Positions 1-12,620 of a stretch of 64,000 bases of DNA are shown here, in pieces (position 1 is the stretch's first letter; the number at the start of each line of letters is the position of its first letter). The notes beneath the pieces are model-generated. The model did not search any database. It was given only the letters and a program-made list of their open reading frames with translations, and was not told where the DNA came from. This stretch comes from the human T2T-CHM13v2.0 reference genome, Homo sapiens. Where the stretch lies: the NCBI RefSeq assembly GCF_009914755.1, contig NC_060935.1. One strand, given 5' to 3'. Position numbers and translations under genes: made by a program.

Positions 1-1364
1 CTCCTTCCAGCCTCACAAGCCCATTCTATTCTGTCGTCATTTCATAACCTCTTCCATGTAAGTTACAAGCCACTAGCCCGTCTCTTAGAACCTCTCATTT
101 CCTTTCCATCATAGAAATCTATCCTCAAGGAGATCACTTCTCAGTGTTCCATCTGCTATTCTACTACCCCTCAAGGATTGTTCAGACCCCTCCCTTCCCT
201 ACACATCAAGCTCAAAGATTTGCCCCCGCCCAGGACTGGCAAATTGACTTTACTCACATGCCTCAAGTCAGAAAACTAAAATATCTTAGTCTAGGTAGAC
301 ACTTTCACTAGATAAGTAGAGGCCTTCCCCACAGGGTCTGAGAAGGCCACCGCAGTCATTTCTTCCCTTCTGTCAGACATAATTCCTCAGTTTGGCCTTC
401 CCACCTCTATACAGTCTGATAGCAGACCAGCCTTTACTAGTCAAATCACCCAAGCAGTTTCTCAGGCTCTTGGTATTCAGTAGAACCTTCATATCCCTTA
501 CAGTCCTCAATCTTCAGGAAAAGTAGAAAGGACTAATAGTCTTTTAAAGACACACCTCACCAAGCTCAGCCACCAACTTCAAAAAGATTAGTTAGTACTT
601 TTACCTCTTGCCCTTCTCAGAATTAGAGCCTGTCCTCAAGATGCTACAAGGTACAGTCCATTTGAACTTTTATATAGACGCACTTTCTTGCTTAGCCCCA
701 ACCTCATCCCAGACACCAGCCCTCTAGGCGACTATCTTCCAGTCCTCCAGCAGGCTAGACAGGAAATTCACCAAGCTGTAATCCTCTCTTGCCTACTCCA
801 GATCCCCAGCCATAAGAAGACACCCTAGCTAAACGATCAGTTCTTGTTAAAAATCTGACCCCTCAAACTCTACAACCTCGATGGACCGGACCCTACTTAG
901 TCATCTATAGTACCCTGACTGCCGTCCGCCTGCAGGATCCTCCCCACTAGGTTCACCATTCCAGAATAAAGCTGTGTCCATCGGACAGCCAGCCTAATCC
1001 CTCCTCTTCCTCCTGGAAGTTGCAAGTACTCTCCCCTACTTCCCTTAAACTCACTCCTATTTCTGAAGAACAGTAATAACCCTTATGAGCCTAATACATC
1101 CCTTCATTCTATTAGGTCTGTTCGTCCTTACCCTACTTTTTGCAACAAAGAAGTTACCCCCACCACTTAGGCCGAGCCCCAAAAAACTTGTCATCCATAC
1201 TATTTTCTGTCTAGTCATACTCCTATTCTCCGTTTTCAACTACTTATAAATGCCCTACTCTTGTTTACACTGCCAGTTTACACTGTTTCTTCAAGCCATC
1301 ACAGCTGATATCCCTTGGTGCTATCCCCAAACTGCCACTCTTAATTCCCTCTTAAAGTAAGTAG

Positions 1365-3079
1365 ATGATCTTTGCTGGCAGGGCACCCTCCAATACTTCC
1401 ACCCTGATGAAGTTCTATTCTTTACTTTTATACTCACTCTTATTCTCATTCTCATTCTTATGCCACCCTTTACCTCTCCCCAGCTATCTCCACCACACTA
1501 TCAACCTTACCCATTCCCTCCTAGCCACCTCTAATCCCTCCTTAGTGAACAACTGCTGGCTTTGCATTTCCCTTTCTTCCAGTGCCTACACAGCTGTCCC
1601 CACCTTACAGACAGACTAGGCAACATCTCCTGTCTCCTTACACCTCCAAACTTCCTTTAACAGCCCTCACCTTTACCCTCCTGAAGAACTCATTTACTTT
1701 CTAGACAAGTCCAGCAAAACTTCCCCAGACATTTCACATCAGCAAGATGCCGCCCTCCTCCGCACTTATTTAAAAAACATTTCTCCTTATATTAACTCTA
1801 CTCCCCTCATATTTGGACCTCTTACAACACAAACTACTATTCCTGTGGCCGCTCCTTTATGTATCTCTTGGCAAAGACCTACCGGAATTCCCCTAGGTAA
1901 TCTTTCACCTTCTCGATGTTCCTTTACTCTTCATCTCCGAAGCCCAACTACACACATCACTGAAACAATTAAAGCCTTCCAGCTCTGTATTACAGACAAG
2001 CCCTCTATCAATACTGACAAACTTAAAAACGTTAGCAGTAATTATTGCTTAGGAAGACACTTACCCTGTATTTCACTCCATCCTTGGCTACCTTCCCCTT
2101 GCTCATCAGACTCTCCTCCCAGGCCCTCTTCTTGTTTACTTATACTCAGCCCCAAAAATAACAGTGAAAGGTTTCTCGTAGATACTCAACGTTTTCTCAT
2201 ACAACATGAAAATTGAACCTCCTCCTCTACGCAGTTACCCCATCAGTCCCCATTACAACCTCTGACAGCTGCCGCCCCAGCTGGATCCCTAGGAGTCTAA
2301 GTACAACACACCCCTCTCAGCACTCCTTCTCACCTTTTTACATCTCCAGTTTTGCCTCGCACAAGGTCTCTTCTTCCTCTGTAGATCCTCTACCTACATG
2401 TGTCTACCTGCTAATTAGACAGGCACATGCACACTAGTTTTCCTTACTCCCAAAATTCAATTTGTAAATAGCACCAAAAAGCTCCCTGTTCCCCTCATGA
2501 CACCGACATGACAAAAAAAAAGACTTTCTGCCTTCACTATTGCTCTCAGTATTAGAATAGCAGGCATTTCAACCTCTGTCATGACCTTCCGTAGCCTGTC
2601 TAATGACTTCTCTGCTAGCATCAGACATATCACAAACTTTATCAGTCCTCCAGGCCCAAGATGACTCTTTAGCTGCAGTTGTCCTCCAAAACCACCGAGG
2701 CCTTGACTTACTCACTGCTGGAAAAGGAAGACTCTGTATATTCTTAAATGAAAAGTGTTGTTTTTACCTAAATCAATCTAGCCTAGTGTATGACAACATA
2801 AAAAAACTCAAGGATCGAGCCCAAAAACTTGCCAACCAAGCAAGTAATTACGCTGAACCCCCTTGGGCACTCTCTAATTAGATGTCCTAAGTCCTCCCAA
2901 TTCTTAGTCCTTTAATACCCATTTTTCTCCTTCTTTTATTCGGACCTTGTATCTTCCGTTTAGTTTCTCAATTCATCCAAAACCGTATCCAGGCCATCAC
3001 CAATCATTCTATGCGACAAATGTTTCTTCTAACAACCCCACAATATCACCCCTTACCATGAGATCTCCCTTCAGCTTAA
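1365..3079 (+). pseudogene. HERV-H env pseudogene (near full length; multiple stops and frameshifts)
   Basis: Fragments read MIFAGRAPSNTSTLMKFYSLLLY...CWLC (SU CXXC), LQNHRGLDLLTAGKGRLCIFLNEKCC (immunosuppressive domain and CX6CC, ~2684-2761), a hydrophobic anchor, and end ...DLPSA-TAA at 3079; matches HERV-H env as recalled. Confidence 0.9.
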
Positions 3080-3235
3080 TCTCTCCCACTCTAAGTTCCC
3101 ACGCCGCCCCTAATCCTGCTTGAAGCAGCCCTGAGAAACATCGCCCGTTCTCTCTCTCCATTCCACCCCCCAAAAATTTTTGCCGCCCCAACACTATTTT
3201 GTTTTATTTTTCTTGTTAATATAAGAAGGCAGGAA

Positions 3236-3684
3236 TGTCAGGCCTCTGAGCCCAAGCCAAGCCATCGCATCCCCTGTGACTTGCACGTATACGCCCAGGT
3301 GGCCTGAAGTAACTGAAGAATCACAAAAGAAGTGAATATGCCCTGCCCCGCCTTAACTGATGACATTCCACCAAAAAGAAGTGAAAATGGCTGGTCCTTG
3401 CCTTAAGTGATGACATTACCTTGTGAAAGTCCTTTTCCTGGCTCATCCTGACTCAAAATCTCCCCCACTGAGCGCCTTGAGATCCCCACTCCTGCCTGCC
3501 AGAGAACAAACCCCCTTTGACTGTAATTTTCCTTTACCTACCCAAATCCTATAAAACAGCCCCACCCCTATCTCCCTTCGCTGACTCTCTTTTCAGACGC
3601 AGCCCGCCTGCACCCAGGTGATTAAAAGCTTTACTGCTCACACAAAGCCTGTTTAGTAGTCTCTTCACACGGATGCACGTGAAA
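3236..3684 (+). mobile_element. LTR7-family 3' LTR of provirus A
   Basis: Starts TGTCAGGCC after the PPT, ends ...CGTGAAA; contains TATAAAA (~3549) and ATTAAA (3621); similar to the LTRs at 4664 and 9881. Confidence 0.92.
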
Positions 3685-3699
3685 TTTACCACATTTGAA

Positions 3700-3960
3700 A
3701 AACATATTGCATTACAGAGGAGTGAGTGGGTGGCAGAAAGGAGGGCAGAAATAATGGCCACACTTAAAGATCTAAAGGATGGGTGGTTCCTATCACGTCT
3801 CCATTTAATTCTCCGGTCTGGCCTGCAGAAGCCAGATGACACTGAATTTAACTAGAGTTTAGAGCCGACTTAACTAGCTCATAGCCCTGGTGGCGCTGTT
3901 GCACCAGACGTGGTATCTTTGCTAGAGCAGGTAAATATGGCCTCAAACACACAGAATGTA
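3700..3960 (+). mobile_element. Degenerate ERVL-type pol (RT) remnant
   Basis: Encodes SPFNSPVWP..QKPD and PDVVSLLEQVN-like fragments typical of class III (ERVL) reverse transcriptase. Confidence 0.55.
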
Positions 3961-4065
3961 ATCCTTTGATGAGGCTAAGGTCTCCTCTAGCCCAAATCTT
4001 AATGTAATCATGGGCATGATATCTCATCACATTTGCTGTATTCTACTAGTTAGAAGCAATTACGA

Positions 4066-4423
4066 TATCTTGTCTATTCAGGCTGCTAACAAAATACCTT
4101 AGCCTGAGTACTTTATAAACAATAGAAATTTATTTCTCGCAGTTCTTGGGCTGTGAGGTCCAAGATCAAGGTGCCAGCAGATCTGGTGTCTGGTGAGGGC
4201 TGGCCCTCTGCTTCCACGATGGAGCCTCGTTCCTGTGTGTTCACGGGGCAGAAGGGGCAGGGGTGCCTTTTGACCTCTTTTATAAGGGCACCAATTCCAT
4301 TTGTGAGGGTGGAGTCCTCATGACCTAAACACCTTCCAAATCCCCACCTCTTCATGCTATTGTATCGGGCTGCAACCTTCAACATTTGAATTTTGGGGGA
4401 TACCAATATTTAGACTGTAGCAC
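4066..4423 (-). mobile_element. MaLR LTR (MST/MLT1A-like)
   Basis: Typical reverse-oriented MaLR motifs: aaatttatttctc..cagttct..gtccaagatcaaggtgccagcagat, and ttcaacatttgaattttggggg near the right end. Confidence 0.7.
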
Positions 4424-4537
4424 ACAAATCCCACCCACAATCAACAGGGGAGATTATACAAGGACATGAATACCTGGAAGCAGGGATCATGGGGTTCCCT
4501 TAACGTCTGTCTACTACACCTTCTAAAATAAAAGACA

Positions 4538-4663
4538 GGCTGAGCACCGGGGCTCACGCCTGTAATCCCAACACTTTCAGAGGCCGAGGCAGGAGGACTG
4601 CTTGAGCCCAGGAATTCGAGACCCCATGTCTACAAAAAATTTAAAAAATTAGCCAGGTGTGGT
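4538..4663 (+). mobile_element. Old Alu (AluJ-like), left part, interrupted by provirus B
   Basis: GGCTCACGCCTGTAATCCC..., A-rich linker, then TTAGCCAGGTGTGGT where the LTR begins; Alu continues at 10328. Confidence 0.85.
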
Positions 4664-5058
4664 TGTCAGGCCTCTGAGCCCAAGCCAAGCCATCGCATCC
4701 CCTGTGACTTGCACGCATATGCCCAGATGGCCTGAAGTAACTGAAGAATCACAAAAGAAGTGAAAATGGCCTGTTCCTGCCTTAACTGATGACATTATCT
4801 TGTGAAATTCCTTCTCCTGGCTCATCCTGGCTCAAAACCTCCCCCACTGAGTACCTTGTGACCCCCACTCTGCCTGCCAGAGAACCCCCCTTTGACTGTA
4901 ATTTTCCTTTACCTACCCAAATCCTATAAAACGGCCCCACCCCATCTCCCTTTGCTGACTCTCTTTTTGGACTCAGCCCGCCTGCACCCAGGTGATTAAA
5001 AGCTTTATTGCTCACACAAAGCCTGTTTGGTGGTCTCTTCACATGGACGCCTATGAAA
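4664..5058 (+). mobile_element. LTR7-family 5' LTR of provirus B (395 bp; potential promoter)
   Basis: TGTCAGG...TGAAA termini; TATAAAA at 4925; ATTAAA at 4995. Confidence 0.92.
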
Positions 5059-5060
5059 TT

Positions 5061-5078
5061 TGGGGCCGTGACTCAGAT
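5061..5078 (+). promoter_or_regulatory. Primer-binding site, tRNA-His type
   Basis: TGGGGCCGTGACTCAGAT, 16/18 match to the His PBS TGGTGCCGTGACTCGGAT, immediately after the 5' LTR. Confidence 0.85.
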
Positions 5079-5201
5079 CGGGGGACCTCCCTTGGGAGAT
5101 CAATCCCCTGTCCTCCTGTTCTTTGCTCCATGAGAAAGATCCACCTACGACCTCAGGTCCTCAGACCAACCAGCCCAAGGAACATCTCACCAATTTTAAA
5201 T

Positions 5202-5210
5202 CGGGTAAGT
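5202..5210 (+). promoter_or_regulatory. HERV-H major splice donor
   Basis: CGG|GTAAGT (GT at 5205) ~150 nt after the 5' LTR, the expected position of the leader donor. Confidence 0.7.
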
Positions 5211-5849
5211 GGCCTCTTCTTACTCTCTTCTCCAACCTCTCTCACTGTCCCTCAACCACTTTCTCCTTTCCACTCTTCAATCTCTCCCTTCTCTTAATTT
5301 CAATTCCTTTCATTTTCTGGTAGAGAGAAAGGAGACACGTTTTATCCATGGACTCAAAACTCCAGCGCCGGTCACGGACTAGGGAAGGCAGCCTTCCCTT
5401 GGTGTTTAATCATTGCAGGGGTGCCTCTTTGATTATTCACCCAGGTTTCAGAGGTGTCAGACCATGCAGGGACGCCTGCCTTGGTCCTTCACCCTTAGTG
5501 GCAAGTACCCCAACCCCTTCTCTCCGTGTCTCTACCCATTCTCCACCTTTCTGCGGGGCAAGAAACCCCAACCCCTTCTCCTTCACCCTGAGTGGCAAGT
5601 CCCGCTTTTCTAGAGGAGGGGCAAGTACCCCAACCTCGTATCTCTGCACCCCAATCCCTTATTTCCATGCCCTGACCTCTTATCTCTGCACCACATGCCT
5701 TATTTCCACACCCCGACCTCTTATCTCTGCACCCCAACCCCTTATTTCCACGCCCCAACCCCTTTCCTGCTTTTCTGGAAGGTAAGAACTCCCGAACCCC
5801 TTCCCTCCATGTCTCTACTCTCTTTTCTCTGGGCTTGCTTCCTTCACTA

Positions 5850-7070
5850 TGGGCAACTTTACACCCTCCATTCCTCCTTCTTCTCCCTTAGCCTGTGTCC
5901 TCAAAAACTGAAAACCTCTTCAGCTCTCACCTGACCTAAAATCTAAGCATCTTATTTTCTTCTGCAATGCCACTTGACCCCAATACAAACTTGACAGTAG
6001 TTCCAAATAGCTGGAAAATGACACTTTCAATTTTTTCATCCTACAAGATCTAAATAATTCTTATCGTAAAATGGGCAAATGGTCTGAGGTTCCTGATGTC
6101 CAGGCATTCTTTCACACATCGGTCCCTCTCTAGTCTCTGTTCCCAGTGCAACTCATCCCAAATCTTCCTCCTTTCCCTCCCACCTGTCCCCTCAGTCCCA
6201 ATCCCAAGTGTCGCTGAGCCTTTCTAATCTTCCTTTTCTACAGACCCATCTGACCTCTCCCCTCCTCCCCAGGCTGCTCCCTCGCCAGGCCGAGCTAGGT
6301 CCCAATTCTTCCTCAGCCTCCGCTCCTCCACCCTATAATCCTTTTATCACCTCCCCTCCTCACACCTGGTCCAGCTTACAGTTTCATTCCGTGACTAGCC
6401 CTCCCCCACCTGCCCAGCAATTTACTCTTAAAAAGGTGGCTGGAGCTAAAGGCATAGTCAAGGTTAATGCTCCTTTTTCTTTATCCCAAATCAGATGGCG
6501 TTTAGCCTCTTTTTCATCAAATATAAAAATCCAGCCCAGTTCATGGCTCCTTTGGCAGCAATCCTGAGACGCTTTACAGCCCTAGACCCTAAAAGGTCAA
6601 AAGGCTGTCTTATTCTCAAAATATATTTTATTACCCAATCTGCTCCCAACATTAAATAAAACTCCAAAAATTAAATTCCGGCCCTCAAACCCCACAACAG
6701 GATTTAATTAACCTTGCCTTCAAGGTGTACAATAATAGAAAAAGGTTGCAATTCCTTGCCTCCACTGTGAGACAAACCCCAGCCACATCTCCAGCACACA
6801 AGAACTTCCGAACGCCTAAACCGCAGTGGCCAGGCGTTCCTCCAGAACCTCCTCCCCCAGGAGCTTGCTACAAGTGCCAGAAATCTGGCCACCAGGCCAA
6901 GGAATGCCTACAGCCCAGAATTCCTCCTAAGCTGCATCCCATCTGTGCGGGACCCCACTGGAAATCGGACTGTTCAACTCACCTGGCAGCCACTCCCAGA
7001 GCTCCTGGAAGTCTGGCCCAAGGCTGACTGCTTCCCAGATCTTCTTGGCTTAGCGGCTGAAGACTGACGC
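5850..7070 (+). pseudogene. HERV-H gag remnant
   Basis: PPPY late-domain-like motif (SAPPPYNP), CCHC knuckle CYKCQKSGHQAKEC and a degenerate second knuckle HPICAGPHWKSDC; fragmented by stops and frameshifts. Confidence 0.8.
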
Positions 7071-7099
7071 TGCCCGATTGCCTCAGAAGCCCCCTAGAC

Positions 7100-9290
7100 C
7101 ATCAGGGACGCCAAGCTTCCCATAACTCTCACAGTGGAAAGTAAGTCCATCCCCTTCTTAATCAATACGGAGGCTATCCACTCCACATCACCTTCTTTTC
7201 AAGGGCTTGTTTCCCTTGCCTCCATAACTGTTGTGGGTATTCACGGCCAGGCTTCTAAACCTCTTAAAACTCCCCAACTCTGGTGCCAAATTAGACAGTA
7301 CTCTTTTAAGCACTCCTTTTACTTATCCCCACCTGCCCAGTTCCCTTATTAGGCTGAGACACTTTAACTAAATTATCTGCTTCCCTGACTATTCCTGGGC
7401 TACAGCCACACCTCATTGCCACCCTTCTTCCCAATCCAAAGCCTCCTTTGCGTCCTCCTCTTGTATCCCCCCACCTTAACCCACAAGTGTAAGATACCTC
7501 TACTCCCTCCTTGGAGACCGATCATGCACCGCTTACCATCTCATTAAAACCTAATCACCCTTACCCGGCTCAACGCCAATATCCCATCCCACAGCACGCT
7601 TTGAAAGGATTAAAGCCTGTTATCACTCGCCTGCTACGGTATGGCCTTTTAAAGCTATAAACTCTCCTTATAATTCCCCTGTTTTACCTGTCCTAAAACC
7701 AGACAAGCCTTACAAGTTAGTTCAGGATCTATGCCTTATCAACCAAATTGTTTTGCCTATCCACCCCGTGGTGCCAAACTCATATACTCTCCTATCCTCA
7801 ATTCCTCCCTCCACAATCCATTATTTTGTTCTGGATCTCAAACATGCTTTCTTTACTATTCCTTTGCACCCATCATCCCAGCCTCTCTTCGCTTTCACTT
7901 AGACTGACCCTGACACCCATCAGGCTCAGCAAATTACCTGGGCTGTACTGCCACAAGGCTTCACAGACAGCCCCCATTACTTCAGTCAAGCCCAAATTTC
8001 TTTCTCATCTGTTACCTATCTCAGCATAATTCTCATAAAAACACACGTGCTCTCCCTGCTGATCATGTCCGATTAATCTCCCAAACCTCAATCCCTTACA
8101 AAACAACTCCTTTCCTTCCTAGGCATGGTTAGTGTGGTCAGAATTCTTACACAAGAGCCAGGACCGCACCCTGTAGCCTTTCTGTCCAAACAACTTGACC
8201 TTATTGTTTTAGCCAAGACATCATATCTCCGTGCAGCGGCTGCTGATGCCCTAATACTTTTAGAGGCCCTCAAAATCACAAACTATGCTCAACTTACTCT
8301 CTACATTTCTCATAACTTCCAAAATCTATTTTCTTCCTCATACCTGACGCATATACTTTCTGCTCCCCGGCTCCTTCAGCTGTACTCACTCTTTGTTAAG
8401 TCCCACAATTACCACTGTTGCTGGCCCAGACTTCAATCTGGCCTCCCACATTATTCCTGATACCGCACCTGACCCCCATGACTGTATCTCTCTGATCCAC
8501 CTGACATTCACCCCATTTCCCCATATGTCCTTCTTTCCTGTTCCTCACCCCGATCACACTTGATTTATTGATGGCAGTTCCATCAGGCCTAATCGCCACA
8601 CACCAGCAAAGGCAGGCTATGCTATAGTACAAGCCACTAGCCCGCCTCTTATAACCTCTCATTTTCTTTCCATCATGGAAATCTATCCTCAAGGAAATAA
8701 CTTCTCAGTGTTCCATCTGCTATTCTACTACTCCTCAGGGATTATTCAGGCCCTTCCCTACACATCAAATTCGAGGATTTGCCCCCACCCAGGACTGGCA
8801 AATTAGCTTTACTCAACATGCCCCGAGTCAGATAACTAAAATACCTCTTGGTCTAGGTAGACACTTTCACTGGATAGGTACAGGCCTTTCCTACAGGGTC
8901 TGAGAAGGCCACCGCAGTCATTTCTTCCCTTCTGTCAGACATAATTCCTCAGTTTAGCCTTCCCACCTCTATACAGTCTGATAACAGACCAGCCTTTATT
9001 AGTCAAATCAGCCAAGCAGTTTTTCAGGCTCTTAGTATTCAGTGAAACCTTTATATCCCTTACGGTCCTCCGTCTTCAGGAAAAGTAGAACAGACTGAAG
9101 GTCTTTTAAAAACACAACTCACCAAGCTCAGCCACCAACTTAAAAAGGACTGGACAATACTTTTACCACTTTCCCTTCTCAGAAGTCAGACCTGTCCTCA
9201 GAATGCTACAAGGTACAGCCCATTTGAGCTCCTGTATAGACGCTCCTTTTTATTAGGCCCCAGTCTCATTCCAGACACCAGACCAACTTA
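7100..9290 (+). pseudogene. HERV-H pro-pol remnant (deleted and frameshifted)
   Basis: Protease-like FLINTEAIHS; RT motifs ([32 protein letters not shown]); PVAFLSKQLD; integrase-like VDTFTG and IQSDN; no intact ORF. Confidence 0.8.
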
Positions 9291-9880
9291 GACTGTGCCC
9301 CCAAAAAACTTGTCATCCCTACTATCTTCTGTCTAGTCATACTCCTATTCACCGTTCTCAACTATTCATACATGCCCTGCTCTTGTTTACACTGCTGGTT
9401 TACACTGTTTCTCCAAGCCATCACAGCTGATATCTCCTGGTGCTATCCCCAAACTGCCACTCTTAACTCTGGAAGTAAATAAATAATCTTTGCTGACAGG
9501 ACTATGCTGAATCTCCTTAGGCACTCTAATCAGATGTCCTAGGTCCTCCCAATTCTTAGACCTTTAATACCTGTTTTTCTCCTTCTCTTATTCCATTTAG
9601 TTTCTCAATTCATACAAAACTGTATCCAGGCCATCACCAATAATTCTAAATGACAAATGTTCCTTCTAACAACCCCACAATATCACCCCTTACCACAAAA
9701 TCTTCCTTCAGCTTCATCTCTCCCACTCTAGGTTCCCACACGGCCCCTAATCCCGCTCAAAGCAGCCCTGAGAAACATCGCCCATTCTCTCTCTCCATTC
9801 CACCCCCCAAAAATTTTTGCTGCCCCAACACTTCAACACTATTTTGTTTTATTTTTCTTATTAATATAAGAAGGCAGGAA

Positions 9881-10327
9881 TGTCAGGCCTCTGAGCCCAA
9901 GCCAAGCCATGGCATCCCCTGTGACTTGCACGCATACGCTCAGGTGGCCTGAAGTAACTGAAGAATCACAAAAGAAGTGAATATGCCCTGCCCCGCCTTA
10001 ACTGATGACATTCCACCACAAAAGAAGTGAAAATGGCCTGTTCCTGCCTTAACTGATGACATTATCTTGTGAAATTCCTTCTCCTGGCTCATCCTGGCTG
10101 AAAACCTCCCCCACTGAGTACCTTGTGACCCCCACTCCTGCCCGCCAGAGAACAACCCCCCTTTGACTGTAATTTTCCTTTACCTACCCAAATCCTATAA
10201 AACGGCCCCACCCCATCTCCCTTCACTGACTCTTTTTGGACTCAGCCCGCCTGCACCCAGGTGATTAAAAGCTTTATTGCTCACACAAAGCCTGTTTGGT
10301 GGTCTCTTCACATGGACGCACATGAAA
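9881..10327 (+). mobile_element. LTR7-family 3' LTR of provirus B (447 bp)
   Basis: Follows the PPT; near-identical to 4664-5058 plus one extra 50-bp unit; ends CATGAAA then TSD GTGGT. Confidence 0.92.
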
Positions 10328-10784
<457 letters not shown>

Positions 10785-10809
10785 ATTGCTGCATCTTGAG
10801 TCTCCTATT

Positions 10810-11310
10810 GTTGCTGTTGTGAGACCTTGGTTCTCATCTTCTTAGTTTAAAATAATTTAAACAAGAGACACACAGCAGAGGAGAGGTAACAGAGTAATTT
10901 ATTGCAAAAGAAAAAGAATATTCTGAAAGTTAGATGCCGAATAGACAGTACACCCTGAGAGAGAGAATTCGGGGTGGGCTGCTTGTGAGGATGAGACAGC
11001 AAAGACTGGGACTAGGTGTGAGAAACAAACTCGCCTGTCCAAACCCAAAGGATGGACTCAAGAGACCCGGAGAACAGCGGAAGTGGGACTCTTAATGATG
11101 GTCTTGTAAGCTCGGGTGTCTGATGAGTAGGCACACCCAGCACGGTTTCAACAAGCAATTTATCCCCTAGTGCACAGGTCTCTCCCCCGTTTCCTCATAG
11201 GCTGAGTACTACGGGTCACAGTCTTCCCAGACATCGCCTATCAGTTGTTGGGGTGGGGCTGTAGGTGTTTTATTTTGGGGGGTTGTCCTGCTGCATTTTG
11301 TTGCAGCCCA
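10810..11310. mobile_element. Probable ERV LTR fragments (family uncertain)
   Basis: Sequence style of reverse-oriented LTR U5/R (gtaatttattgc, acaccctgagaga); family not identifiable by eye. Confidence 0.35.
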
Positions 11311-11319
11311 AGCATCTTC

Positions 11320-12620
11320 CATGGAAGAGGCACTGAACCACCAGGCAGACAAGATCACTCAACCCACTGATGGGAGCCAGCCTTAGTGGCTACACCAACC
11401 CAACAAAGACAGGCACATGGACGGAGCGGCCACAGCTGAGACAGAGGGCAGGCATGAGGCCAACAGTGTGGACTGCAACCTCCCAAAACCATCTGGCTCC
11501 TTCTCTTATCTGAATGTCCAACCTGCCAGCAACAGGAGACCAGCATCCCACTGCCAGTGTGGCCCAGGTTCACAGGAGACCAACCAGCCACTTGACAGCA
11601 AGTGGACCCACTGGGCCTCTTTCATTCTGGAAAGGCCAGTGGTTTGCACAAAAATAGACATCTCTTCTAGGTAGGAGTTTGTCTTTCCTGGCTCCAGGGC
11701 CTCAGTCGGCATCACTGTCCAAGCGCTTAAGGAATGTCCTGTTCATCGGCGTAGAAGGGCTCACAACATCACTTCTGATCAGGGAAGCCACTTTGCAGTG
11801 AAGGAGATGTGGGAAAGGGTCTGTGTCCCTAGGATCTACTCATTGCGTCTCATTGTTCGGAAGCTGCTGGACTGGCTGGGTGTTGGAGTGGCCTCCCACA
11901 CGGAGAGCTGAAGCAATGCCCTGTAACTACAGGCCCCGTCATCCCGGATGGCATGGGGACATTGAGTCAGAGGCCTTCATATGGCACTGTGTTCTCAGCA
12001 GAAAGCACACATAGGTCTGGGAGCTGAGGGGTGGGAGCAGGGCGGCCCACTCAGCATCACTCCTGGTCACCCCTGTTTGTGTTTTCCATCTCCCCAGTCT
12101 TGGCTCTGCAAGGTTAGCGGTTCTGGTTCCAAAGGAGGTGTTTGCTTGCCAGAGGACAGAACTACAAGCTGTAGCTTCCACCAGGGTACTGCAGGCTCCT
12201 TTTGGCCCAGCCAGCAAGCCGTAAGAGGAGCCACCCTCTTAGTGGGGGTGGCTGGCCCTGAGCAGCAGGGGGACATGGGGGCTGCTGTCACCTGAGAGCA
12301 GGCGGCAGAGAGGAATACATGTGGGACTCAGACACCCGACGTGGGCAGGTGCTTCTTGGCACCCCCTCTTCCGATTATGACCGGAAATGGATCTGAATAG
12401 CAACTCTGACCCCAAAAGGGCATGGTTAGCAGGGACTCACAGGGGCTCACAGTCTTCAGGAACATAGGGCTTGGGTCCAGCCACCAGATGCACCTGATGC
12501 CAACAGGAGACAGCTGAGCGCCAGGGCAATTTAGAACAGAAAGTAGAGGCGGGGACAAGAGGGACCACTGTGTTCCCAGATGAACGCAGTTGGCTATGGG
12601 GCTGTCATTTTTTCCATTAA
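11320..12620 (+). mobile_element. Degenerate ERVL-type integrase / 3' internal remnant
   Basis: QVD..GP..WKGQ, IDISSR*EFVFP and ITSDQGSHFAVKEMW resemble ERVL integrase catalytic-core motifs. Confidence 0.55.

Larger units (their letters stand above)
1..3684 (+). mobile_element. HERV-H provirus A, 3' part (integrase remnant, env pseudogene, 3' LTR); 5' part lies outside the window
   Basis: Integrase-region sequence homologous to 8620-9290 of provirus B; env remnants; polypurine tract AAGAAGGCAGGAA at 3223-3235 directly followed by an LTR starting TGTCAGGCCTCTGAGCCCAAG. Confidence 0.93.
4664..10327 (+). mobile_element. HERV-H provirus B, complete 5664-bp env-deleted element
   Basis: Two LTRs, tRNA-His-type PBS, gag zinc knuckle, pro/pol remnants, PPT, and 5-bp TSD GTGGT at 4659-4663 and 10328-10332. 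Confidence 0.95.

Noticed and set aside
1365-2881. Functional syncytin-like env
   Set aside because: First stop after 84 codons, further stops and frameshifts, and a damaged cleavage site.
5600-5765. ~20-bp degenerate tandem repeats (ccccaacctcttatctctgca-like)
   Set aside because: Appears to be a normal part of the HERV-H leader rather than an independent element.
6208-8460. Coding-competent gag/pol in provirus B
   Set aside because: Fragmented into ORFs under 120 aa; protease lacks DTG and no RT YxDD motif was seen.
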